Shown in pieces: positions 25,648 through 37,319 of a stretch of 64,000 nt of DNA. The stretch is from NCBI GenBank assembly GCA_002104905.1, contig MCFE01000413.1, forward strand, positions 1 to 64,000. Direction: 5' to 3'. Source of the DNA: Basidiobolus meristosporus CBS 931.73 (lineage: Eukaryota; Fungi; Basidiobolomycota). Within the stretch, counting starts at the first letter, position 1. Each line of letters opens with the position of its first letter. A program made the position numbers and the translations under genes. The notes under the pieces were generated by a model. That model had not been told where the DNA came from and made no database searches. It worked only from the letters and a program-made list of their open reading frames with translations.

Positions 25648-27245
25648 TTCTTGTGCCATCAAACTCTCTGGCATAAAAAGTTTTCTGCAAACTTTTTTGG
25701 AGGATATACTCTTTACCATGCTAAAGAAGGTCAACAAATTATAAACAACAAAATCAATCCCAAGATAGTTGACTTGGTCTTGTGCAAATCCACCATTGAC
25801 AAGCTCTCCATGGTTTGCAAAATTAATGTCCCCTGTGACAAAAATACTTCTAACATTCACATGCAAGCCATTCACCCCAGCCTGTTGGGTTACATCTGTC
25901 TCTGCAAAACCCCTGAAGGCAAAATTGTTGTTATTATTTAACATCTTTCCCTCACTTGTTTGCTCCCACCATCTCCAATGAAAAATTTTGCAAAGCTCAA
26001 GCTTAACTAAAAAATAATTTATCCTTCAACAATTGTGACGTCAAACATCCTGTTCTCTTAGACAGGTACATCATTGGCTTTTATGGTAGCACCTTGGCAC
26101 ATCTTCAAAAAAAACTTAAACAAATTCATCCCATGAACTTTGTCCTCTATTACAAACCCATCCCCAGAATTATTTACATCAAAACTTCTTCTGACCAACT
26201 TATGAGACCACCTTTTACACTCTCTGGCACACCAATAGATTGAAACAAGTTAAATTCTCTCTCCTGGGATTCTCTTTTAGAACCTGGTAAGATAGAACTT
26301 GTCAATCCTGGTGAACAATCCCAGATCACCCTGGGTGGCATTGGATATCATGGACACCATCATATGTATACTCACATGAAAATTCATCCCTGGGTAATGA
26401 TGGGTATTCCTGCCTCTATGGTCCCCAATGGCAACCACAACCAGTCTGCATGTAATTTCTTTGCTTCTGCCATGATCAAACAAGGTATGCAACTACACTC
26501 CCCTCCTACTATAGCTTCTGGAGATACAAACTTCTTGGAATCTGCCCAGGTGCCATTGGTCAATACATTTGCTTATAATCTATTAAAAATGGATAAACAA
26601 CCCAACAGGGTTAAATTAGTTGTCATGATACAATCTTATACTGGATATAACCAAAATGATGGTGTTATTATTTCCAAACTGCCGTTGACCAAGGTTTGTT
26701 TCAATCTTTTACCCAACATGTCAATGTTTGTGAACTTTTGGGTAACAAATCTGAAATCATTGTAACCAGGGAAATGTTTGATGAAACTAAATATGTAAAT
26801 GGTGTTTCAACAGTTGGTGGCATACTGGAAGATGGTGACTTATAACGTACCATAGTTGATGGAATTACCAAAAAAATTTGGGTTGTCAAATGTCATAAGG
26901 GTAAGGCCACCAAGGTTTCACATCCTAAACACTTGCATATCAAGGTTATTTCAATTTTCATAAATACATTGAAGTTGGTGACAAAGTTGCTTCTAGACAT
27001 GTGCAGAAAGGTGTTGTCACAATTACTCTACCACAGAAAGATTTGCCATATACAGAAGAAGGTATTGTGCCTGATATATTTATTAGTCCACATGCTATTC
27101 CTGGACATATGACAATTGACCAACTTTTGGAAGGTTTTGGTTGGTAAAGATTGTTCTATACATGGATAGACAAAAGATGGAACACCATTTACAGCAGATG
27201 CATACAAATGTATGAAAGATATACAATGGGTCTTGTGAGCACTCT
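25648..27245 (+). pseudogene. Rpb2-family RNA polymerase pseudogene, 3' part (C-terminal clamp region missing)
   Basis: [110 protein letters not shown]...[36 protein letters not shown], all in Rpb2 order. Confidence 0.93.
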
Positions 27246-27455
27246 GTTGGAACTAGCTTGAACCCCTCCTCAAGATGTTCCATTCCACTTATACAGTGCT
27301 GTTATTCCTGAGCCACAAAATCTTAACACACAGGATATACCCATCCACTCAGTGTGTTTAAGACAGTTCTATTTGAGGCATTGCATGTTAATGAATATAG
27401 AGTTAGATGATGACTATGTTTCAATGTAAGCCCCTAATTCTCATCAATCTTGATA

Positions 27456-27828
27456 TGTTGCAATTTCAAAAGTGTTTTGGATATAAGGTACTTATCAGCA
27501 AGTAATGCTAATAGTTGAGCTGTTATTAATTCATAAAATTCCTCAGTATTTATATCATTGTAAAAGTAATACATCTGTAACACTAACTTGGAAGAACTTC
27601 TTGATATTCAGAATCTTACTGTAAAAGTCTTAAGGTCAATACATGAAGCATGGTCAAAGTCCTACTTGATAATAACTGTAGGGGAATAATCATAGAACCA
27701 TAGATCTGAGAAAGAGTGCCAAACTTAACAATGTAAACTAGTCCTGTAGTGACTGATACTAGTCTGGAATTGCTAAGTCAATTTATAGCTGCTGCACAAC
27801 ACCACATGATCAGCATATTACTTCAAAC
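27456..27828 (-). mobile_element. Diverged solo LTR related to copia family 1
   Basis: Starts tgttgcaatttcaaaagtgttttggatataag and follows the 16786-17155 LTR with many substitutions. Confidence 0.7.
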
Positions 27829-27849
27829 TTTGCTATAGTACCCCAGCTT

Positions 27850-29800
27850 TCTTCTTAGTACTGGCAAATTTCTGCATCTTTCAATGTAGAATTTGCACAA
27901 AAGGTGTCAGTTTACTCCTATAATAGAGACATGAACTCAGCAATGTGAAGAATTGTATTGGCCAAGTAATGAAAAGTATTTTGGAAGATTCAGGAGGTGT
28001 TCAGCCTGGCATTTACTTGTAAGATACTAATTTTATCTGAGAAACAAGGTATGTTGCAACTTTGAAAGTATCACACCTAATAGTATAAAGTCAAGGTGAT
28101 GGGGCTGTGCTACTTGCAGTGGGTATACTCATATGTAAATGTTGGTAAGCAGGAAGCCATCACTTATTTCCATTCTGGCTCCAAATGAAATGCCCATGGT
28201 AGTAATGTGTAAGCAATTAAAGAGGTGTGACTCTCTTGAAAACTCCATGGTGGTGTTAGAAATGATTAGGAGGAGAAATGAGATGATAAGCTAGGCAAAT
28301 ATTAGGGTGGAATCAACAGCTTCCCAACACTCTTACATATCAAAGTATCCACATTGGCTTCAAATATGCAACAATACCAATGTAACCACTGGAAGAACTG
28401 GGTAAGTAGTTCTCAAGTTACACACTGCAAAAGTATTAACACTGGGTCAATGAAGGTATTTGGATTTATGTGCTCTGATTATAAGAATATTTATCCAGAA
28501 GCAGCTTACCAATGCCAAATTAAAACATCTACAGCTTTGATGCAGGGAATTTGAGTAAGGAAATGAGCAGCTACATCCAAACTTAAGGCTGAATATGGAG
28601 ATCCCTGCCACTACTGAATGCACTCTGTACTTTATCTTGCTTGATGTGTGGAAAATATTGAACCATGCTTTACCTTTAGGGAGTTTCTATGGATCAGATC
28701 TATGGGTAGCTGGGTAGCCAGTTGGGGCTGCAAGAACTGCAATATCTCAATCTCATCAAAAATATTAGTTTCAGGTCCATTAGGATGTGCTGGGTTTGCA
28801 CATGGAAGACAGCCTGGAAGAATCAGAAAACTCTGAGCACAACAATATAAATCAGAGGACCCATGACTTTGGTATCAAGAAGCTAACCAGTGTGAGTATG
28901 CATGTAAATAGCAGAGTATTGTTAGCTTGAGTGAAATGCTGCAGGCAACTATTTCCATTAGGACTACTGTACTTAGTGTGTCTGATCTTCCTGAGTAAAA
29001 GCCCATTCTGTTGCTTGTTGATATAGAATAGGCACAACAAGGCCCAGAGCTTGCTTATAAGTGGGGAGAGGGTCCAAAAGGGTGAAAGGATATGTTGGCA
29101 TAGTACTGAAAAGTATTTTGCAAATACTGATGAGGTATTTATGGCAAGAGTAGTGATATTTATGCATGTGTTTGCAAGAAGTACGTGCTTTCAGCAATAG
29201 AAGGTTTTTGACAAATTTGCAAGAAGCACACTGAAGAGCCGCAAAGTAGGGGAATTGGTAGTAAAATATAATAATGGTGCAAAGGGAGGTGAAAAATATA
29301 GTACAATTTGGTGAGCTGGCATTAAAGTATTTTAGGCTACTCTCTGTAGGCTGCTGTACTGCCAAGACAATGCCATCAGAGGTACACTTTCAGGTCAGCG
29401 GAGCACCAATAGGTCTTTTCATCTATAATGCATTTGCAATCATTGGCTAATTGGGTAGACTTAAATAAATGCAGAAGGTATTAAGAGCATCAGAATGCCA
29501 TTGAAGTCCCCCTAAGGGATAATTAAGACACTATCATGTTTTACAGTAAAAATATCAAACACTATCACAATCCTCCCATATAATTGTGAAGAGGAACCAC
29601 AGTTCTAAGTTGTTGGCAAAATGATAGTCTGATAGCTGCATACTGATGACCTATCTGAGGTAAATGGATTGGCAAGCCCAGATGATTATTTATAGGTACT
29701 TGCATGAGCACCTGCTGACTTGATGCCCATTTATGTTGCCACTACATAATTAAGACTCTTCCAGGTTGAGGGCATTAATATGTGAGCATTGCTGCTTCTG
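27850..29800 (-). mobile_element. Probable non-LTR retrotransposon (LINE) ORF2 fossil: APE endonuclease plus RT motifs
   Basis: Minus-strand motifs in order, with frameshifts: GDFNG (~29510), TYPFTLLDPL..YK (~29090), GFYSGRS (~29000), ILMDLK../FDEI (~28770), (R)QGSPYS (~28600), AVDVLI (~28520). Confidence 0.5.
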
Positions 29801-29899
29801 TATTATGCTTCTCTGCCCCTGTGTTGCATTAGCTCTCTCTCTCATCTATTATTACCACTAGCGCATTCACTTGCACCTTGGCAGAATGCTGTTTGTCTT

Positions 29900-30620
29900 G
29901 TGTAATGTTTTCTCTTGATAAATGCAACACTATAGTATCTGTCTTGACCAACTTGACTCTAAAAAGCACTCCTCTTGCTACCTGTAAAGTCTTTGCTGCT
30001 TGTCTGGTGCTGACAGCCCTTTTTGTGATAGAATCTTGAGGGAGCCACTGGTGTTTAGCTGCAACAACTATACTCTTCTGTCTTTGGCATTTGGTACTAT
30101 TGATGAGGCATATTTTATGCACACCAATACAGGCCTAATACCCATTGCTTGTTTGATTACAGTATAATGATTGAGGAACAGGTCAAGTATATTCAGATTG
30201 GTCTTGAGGTATTGATGGTCCCATGATGTGCAGCATAGAGACAGTGCCATGCCAGACATTGAATAGCCTCTTGAATATTATCCCATTCTTCATCATTGCA
30301 CTCAATGGCTTCACAAATCTTCAATGCCTTTTGACTCTCAGGCTATGATATAAATATTTCTGTTCTTGCTCCTATTCTGTAATTGATCAATATGTAAGCT
30401 TTCTCTTTAGGCACTTTTTTTACTACAAAGACTGTGCAGTGCTCTTGTGCAGTTACATTGCAAAATTACTCAGTTCTTGTCTTTGACATGAGTTTATAGA
30501 TCTCATACTTTGCAGCAAAAAAACTGCATTCTTGACCTGGAATAATAATTGCTCCACACATGTTACATTTTCATGCTGTGTCTGGACTGTTCCATAATCT
30601 CTCTGTGCTATTGCACCGAT
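29900..30620 (-). repeat. Family X repeat, 5'/middle fragment
   Basis: Matches 14900-15560 and 47350-47960 (gtcccatgat..gc...gccagac, ttgcactcaatggcttcac). Confidence 0.7.
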
Positions 30621-30659
30621 CTTATTAGCCTTCACACCTACTTAATTCATTAATGCCTT

Positions 30660-31224
30660 GTTATATAGCTGATTGTTAAATATATGGCACTATAATCTCT
30701 ACCATAATGCCAGTGGTAGGATATAGTTACTGGTAACTTTATTCAATCTTACTTATGTTGCTCAGAATAGTGCTTTGCTTGCTGTATTTACTTTTCATAA
30801 TGCTCCCAACACATTTCTCTCAGTGGATGTCTTCTTGTATGAGTATACTGTGCATTAATAAGTATCTTGACTCTTTTACCTTTTCTGCTGCTTTCTGCTA
30901 TATATGACTTTCCTCAAAATTTACCAGTCAATATGCTGAATCTCTTCAAATATACAAATGTATGCTCTACCCTCACTCTGAAATGATTAAATATCTCATT
31001 GTAGAGCTTCTGCTTCCTGCAAAGCACACAATTCCTTTGCTTCCTATATGCTGTAATACATCCAAATCTCTGACAATCCTCTCCTATATAAGCTAAGTCT
31101 ACTATACATTTCTCCCCTCTACTGCATTCTAGATGATCTTCTGCCCAGAGTGCTTTGTCATGCCTACTTCCAGCAAATGGCCCACTAAACCAGATAATAT
31201 TACCCTTAATGTCATACAGTGCTG
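30660..31224 (-). mobile_element. Harbinger transposase 3' fragment
   Basis: Near-colinear with 42590-43110 (reverse of the RVEHTF..LKRF.I region). Confidence 0.8.
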
Positions 31225-34200
31225 TGTTATGTTCTACCGCTTGAATGTTTAAGTTTGATCAGTTTCTTAGTCAAATCAACTAGTTATATGTTTAGCCTAC
31301 CAGTATATCAGTATAATCTATCAAATCAGTAGCATTAGTCAGCAAGTGTATCAGCAGATCCTTATCTGACTGAATTAGATATATTAAGTAGGATCTTATT
31401 GTGTGATGATGATGCAATTAAATGAGTCATCAGCCACAGCCTACATTAGGAGGTACAATTAGTCAGCAATTGATCTGGAAAAATAGATGTAAGGAGCTGT
31501 TGGAACCTCAATAAAAATCAGTTCAAGTTTTAGTGAATACAATACTAGCTTAACTCCCTATTCCTCTACAACTCTTATACCAAGACTTGTAACATTAGTA
31601 GCAGCAATAACCAGCAACCTCCCTCCTGAAGAAAGAAGAAACCTTCCTCAAGATGTTTGAAAATCAAGAATGGAAGAATGCTATGCAGCAAATCCTAGCC
31701 CAACAGCAACAGCTACTCCAGATCCTTAGCCAGCAGCAACAAAGAATGACTACCACAGCCCAAAGCCAGCAAAACCCTATCAAGAGTAACTTTAGTGTGA
31801 AGGTCAACCAGTGCCATGGTAGAGTCAATGAAAACCTGGGAACTTGGCTCTTCCAGATTGAAGAAGCTTTCAAGGCTAAGAAAATTGCTCCAGAAAGCAG
31901 GTTACATTATGCAGCCTCTTACCTGGCAGATGCAGCTTTACAATAGTACCACAACAAGATCAGGTCAGTCACCATGAAGGGATGCTTTACAATCTCTACC
32001 TGAGTTGAGTTTGTGTTGGAGATTCAAGAAGCCTTTGAACCCCCACACCAACACACACTACTAAGAAGAAAGTTGAAGACACTCAGACAGAAAGGGATGC
32101 TCCAAGAGTACATCTATGTTTATAGAAGTCTACCTGGACAAATTGAAAGAATGGACTCTCTGGATCAAGTTGAATACTTTATTGATGGGTTGAAAGAAAG
32201 AACTTGTAAGGAAGTGAATTATTGGAGACCTCATACTATAGAAGAAGCCGTCAATATTGCCATTGACTATGACTCAGCTATGTTTGGAGTTGAGAAGCCC
32301 ACAATGACTGATCAGAGAGGCTACAATCACTATGAAAGGAGACAATAAGAAGCAGTGCCAATGGAAATAGATGCTATGCAGAAGAATCCTACCTCAGAAG
32401 AATGTAAGACGAAGAGGCTTTGCTTTAGTTGCCACCAGCAGGGACATATTCCAAAGTACTGCCCTCAGAGAAGAAATGGACACCGGCCATCAAGAGCCTT
32501 TAGCCATATTGAAGCTGTGGAGCATAGTAGCATGGAGGATGAACCTGAAGAAGACTCATCACTCACCTTCCATATGACACAAGAATACCTATCACAGATG
32601 ACCTCAAACTCAGGAAAGCAATTATAGTTGAATGGAGTAATCAATGAAGTACCTGCCAAGATCATGATTGACTCAGGAGCATCACAATAGTACATGTCAG
32701 AGCAATTTGCTTTGAATGCTGGAGTCAACTTGGAACTCACCAAATCAACTTTAGTCTCAATAGCTGATGGGAACTCTCACATAATCAACCATATTACTCA
32801 GCCAGTAAGGATGAAGTTCAATGACTACAAAGAAGACCTACAGGCCTATATATCTGGGAACTGCAAGTTTGATCTTGTACTTGGAAAAAACTGGCAAATT
32901 TTGTAGTAATACGTCAATAAACTGGAGAAACCATGCTACTAAGATCCAGAAGGACAACAAGACCTATGAGCTATTACCAGCCAGACTGGATTTCAACTTG
33001 GTCAATTCCAGTGTGTGTGAAACAAGTGAACTTAGCAAGACACAGTTTTGTACAGCACTTAGAAAAGGTACCCAGATATTCCTCAGGGCAGTACTACAGG
33101 GGGATTCCTCTACTCCAGTACCACAGAAAATTCAGACTTTTTTGAAGGAATATTCAGACGTATTTCCAGATGAAGTTGTAAGCCTACCACCAGTCAGAGA
33201 TGTGGATCATGCCATTGACACAGGAGATAGCCCTCCAATGAGTAAGACACCATACCAAATGAGTCCATTGGAGTTGGAAGAGATGAAGAGAAAAATAGAT
33301 CAGTAATTGGAGCAAGGATATTTCAGACCCACCAAGTCACCTTGGGGAGCACTAGTACTTTTTGTGAAGAAGAAGGATGGAGCACTTAGGATGTGCATTA
33401 ACTACAGAGCCCTTAACTCAGTTACTGTGAAGAATAAGTACCCCATACCTTAGATTGATGAGCTTTTGGACCAACTCAATGGAGCCACTATATTCAGCAA
33501 GAGTGACCTCATGTCAGGATACAACCAGACTAGGTTGAAGCCAGAAGACATCCCTACAACAGCATTCAGGAACAGATATGGATATTATAAGTACTTAGTC
33601 ATGAGTTTTGTCCTCACCAATGCCCCTGTAACATTCATGACCCTGATGCAGACTGTCTTCCAGGAGTACTTGGATCAGTTTGGAACCATCTACTTAGATG
33701 ACATATCAGTATACAGCACAACAGAAGAGGATTGTTAGTACACATTGAAAAGGTCTTGAACAAGCTAAGAGAGAACAAGCTTAATGGCAAGCTGCCCAAG
33801 TGTGAATTCCTCAAGGAACATGTTGAATATCTGGGACACATAGTGACTTGCACAGGAGTAACCTTAGATCCTAAGAAGGTTGAAGTTATCAAGAATCTGA
33901 AGCAGCCCCATAGTATAGCAGAACTCAGATCAATCCTTGGAATGGTCTCCTATTATTGGATATTTGTCAAGTCCTTTGCAAGTATTGCAGCTCCTTTAAC
34001 TGATATCCTCAGGAAAGACAATACCTACCAGTGGGACATAGCTTGTGAGACTGCCTTTCAGACACTCAAGAATGAACTTGCTAAGCTACAAAGCTTAAGA
34101 ATCATAGACTCCAGAAAAGAGTTTACTCTGTGCACCAATACTTCAGACTATGCAATTGGTGAAGTGCTGAGCCAAGAACACAAGGGAAAGGACTACCCAG

Positions 34201-35530
34201 TTGCCTTTGAATCCAAGAAACAGAACTCAGCAGAACAAGACTATTCAGTGCATGAGAAGGAGATGCTTGCTATAATACACTGTTTGAAGACATGGAGATG
34301 CAATAAAGAAGGAGTCAAATGCACCGTGAAGACTGAACATGCCTCCCTCAGGTATATATTTACTCGGAAGGTACTCTCTAGATGAATGACAAGCTGAAGT
34401 GAATACATTCAGCAATTTGGGGATTGTCTACTGCACTGGGAAAAACAACATAGTTGCTGATGCCTTATCAAGATTAGAACAAGTTGCACAACTCAACTTG
34501 GTGCATGAATCAGATTGGCCTAGCCTATTACCAAAGTACTTGGAGGACCAAGCCATTCCCAATGAGGTGGATGAAGATATCAAGAAGATAATCTGGGATG
34601 AAGCCAGCAAATTTGTGGTTCAGGATGAAACACTCTACCAAATTGCTGATGGAAGCCCTATTGCCTATTGCCCTTATGTTGCTTGCCTGGATTTAATACA
34701 TATGCTACACAATGGATATGGACATCTTGGTATTGTAGGAACCTATAGCCTTGTGAAAGCCAGAGCATGGTGGCCCAGAGTGAAACATGACATTAAGAAG
34801 CTAGTGAAAATATGCCCAAATTGCCAAACCAACCAAGGCCAACCACAGAGAATTGCTTAACTCTTTCCCTTGGAGCTTGTAAGACCATTTGAAAGATGGG
34901 GAATTGACTTTATTAGAAGACTGCCAACTACCAGGAAATGTGACCATTGGATCCTAGTAGCAATTGGCCATGCCCCCAAATGACCAGTTGCTAAAGCTTT
35001 AGCTATAGCCAGTGGACAAGAAGTTGCAAGTTTCATCTACCATACAATCCTTATGAAGTGTAGATGCCCTGAAGAGATTGTATCCAATAGAGGTGAAAAC
35101 TTCATGGCAAAGACATTGGAAGCTTACCTGGAAATGCAGCAGATCAAACACTTCAATACCTTGGCATTTCACCCCAGAACTAATGGAGTCACTGAATGGT
35201 TCAATGGATTTTTGGGTAAAATGCAGACCAAGTATGCAAAAGGTGTTGTCAGTAGATGGGATGAGTATATAGATCAAGCACTCTTTGCATGCAGAGTCAG
35301 TGTACACAACACCACCCAACAATTGCCATTTAATGTGGTGTATGGATGTGAACCAAGCATTTCAGGAGATCTCACACTACTAAAGCTTACAGACACCTTA
35401 GAAGATTAACTTGGTCAGCCAAGTAGACACCAGCAGCTGGAACAAATATGTTAAGAGGCTCAGACCAAAGTATCTCAAAGCAAATAAAAGATGGAGCAGA
35501 GATTTGATAAGACTATATCACCAGAAAAGT
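31225..35530 (+). mobile_element. Ty3/gypsy LTR retrotransposon, 5' LTR (31225-31594) plus degenerate gag-pol; 3' LTR not seen
   Basis: LTR TG...ACA; gag LGTWLFQIEEAF, CFSCHQQGHIPKYC knuckle, IMIDSGAS protease, RT ([19 protein letters not shown]), RNase H (TNTSDYAIG), integrase (HNGYGHLG, WGIDF, HPRTNG) in gypsy order. Confidence 0.93.
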
Positions 35531-35564
35531 GTGTGAGATTGTTGTAATGGTGCAAAATTTTCCA

Positions 35565-35665
35565 AGAGTGATCCTGCCTACTGGTAGCTATTATATTGCA
35601 CCCAATTGCTCTTAGAGACTGTGGATTGCACTGTGTGCCCTGGCATGGTACAATGGAACAAGTCT
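35565..35665 (+). mobile_element. Isolated Harbinger terminal fragment
   Basis: Ends ggtacaatggaacaagtct|att, like the 45912 end of Harbinger copy 2. Confidence 0.75.
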
Positions 35666-35684
35666 ATTATAACAGCTTGTTGAT

Positions 35685-36210
35685 CAGTGTGATCACTGCT
35701 ACTTGTAGATACCTGCTACTAACAAAACTTCCAATTTAAGACCACAGGATACTCCCAGGAAACCATGCTGACAGCCAACTGACCTTGGAGGCACTACTGA
35801 TTAAAAATACCCAGAGTTAGTATCTTTTTTTATGTTTGATTTTTTCCCAAGTTTTTACATGCACAAGCAAAGATACTTTTCTGGCTTTGTAAATACTTGC
35901 CACAGCTGCAATCTTATTAAGTCCCTGCTGTTGGAGTATACGGTTATTTTGACTTTGGAAGCTTTAGTACATCATTATTGCAAAGGACACTGAGCCCAGC
36001 ACATACACTTGTTAAGATGCTTACTAAATTGGGGATTGTAGCTCAATAGTTCTCCCTTGTCAAGCTTGTAGCATTATTCCTCTTAACATTAGAGTAGGGA
36101 AAAAACTCAAGTATTTCTAGCAAGCTTCTACAACAATTATTACATCCAGTGAAAACCCATGAACAGAACACTTGAGAAGTGTTTGATGTATTTCCCCATT
36201 TGACTTATCA
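35685..36210 (+). repeat. Family Y repeat, copy 2
   Basis: Inverted homolog of 630-1145. Confidence 0.65.
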
Positions 36211-36275
36211 ACCACCACAGCAGCATATATCAACATGTTCAGCTTTATGCCTGTAGTATAGCTGCTCAAATCCCA

Positions 36276-36571
36276 TCAAGCTAAAAGTTTTTCTGTTAAA
36301 GCAAGTTTAGATTAAGATAAATAACTTTGAGAAATAATTTCATCAAACCAAATTAGATTTTTATATTTGAGATAAAAAAGTTTTTAGAAAATAGTTTGTC
36401 AAGCTAAAAGTTTCTTTGTTAAAGCAAATTTGGATTTGATATAAATAACTTTAAGAAATAATTTCATCAAACCAAATTAGATTAATATATTTGAGATAAA
36501 AAAGTTTTTAAAAAATAGTTTGTCAAGCTAAAAGTTTTTTTGTTAAAGCAAATTTAGATTTGATATAAAAA
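36276..36571. repeat. AT-rich tandem repeat, ~123-124 bp unit, about 2.4 copies
   Basis: tcaagctaaaagttt begins at 36276, 36399 and 36523. Confidence 0.9.
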
Positions 36572-37305
36572 AGACTTGTTCTGTTGGATAGTGCCACATT
36601 GAGCCATGAGTGCCAAATGATGCCATAGTGTGCCAGAGTGGCCAAGTGAGCCTATACTTGGCCACAGAGTGTGAAACATAGATCTGCATCTTCACGCAAA
36701 GCAGCCCCTGTGTTTCACCTATGATGCAGGAGAAAATCCATTTTTTGATGTTTTTTTGTGGATCATTGTTATGCAGGATGTATAAGAGCATAGAAGAACT
36801 GAAGACATGCATCAGGTACTCAATACCCATGGCACTCTGAATCTAGCTCCTGTGGCTTGTAACATGTCACAAAAATGCATGGCACTATCTTGGTCCACTG
36901 GTACTATCTGGCGCTATATTTAATTATTAGCCCTAAAGTAAGATCTATACAAAGTACTTATAGTGCCAGATAGTACCAGTGGACCAAGATAGTGCCATGC
37001 ATTTTTGTGACATGTTACAAGCCACAGGAGCTAGATTCAGAGTGCCATGGGTATTGAGTACCAAATGCATATTTTCAATCCTTTTGTGCTCTTACACATC
37101 CTGCACAACATTGACCTAAAAAAAAAGGTCAAAAAACGGATTTTCTCCAACACAATTGGTGAAGCACAGGGGCTGCTTTGCGTGAAGATGCAGATCTATG
37201 TTTCACACTCTGTGGCCAAGTATAGGCTCACTTGGCCACTCTGGCACACTATGGCATCATTTGGCACTCATGGCTTAATGTGGCACTATCCAACAGAACA
37301 AGTCT
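36572..37305. mobile_element. Foldback (palindromic) MITE of the Harbinger family, copy 1
   Basis: AGACTTGTTCTGTTGGATAGTGCC ... GGCACTATCCAACAGAACAAGTCT; ~340-bp inverted arms around a ~40-50 bp spacer; same TIR as the autonomous-type elements. Confidence 0.9.
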
Positions 37306-37319
37306 TTTTTATATATATA

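Noticed and set aside
15790-27245. Calling the RNAP fossil a bacterial/organellar rpoB or the functional host RPB2
   Set aside because: Blocks such as YTHxxIHP, W..LL..G.IE and GDKxASRH are of the archaeal/eukaryotic/viral type. The many stops, frameshifts and the 9-kb insertion exclude a functional gene.
28845-28875. VMGPLIYIVV as the RT QG..LGP.LF motif
   Set aside because: It lies upstream of the DLxKxFD-like block, in the wrong order for an RT, so it is probably coincidental.
31680-31775. Poly-Q coding stretch as a host gene
   Set aside because: It is the N-terminus of the gypsy gag, directly after the LTR and PBS-like site.
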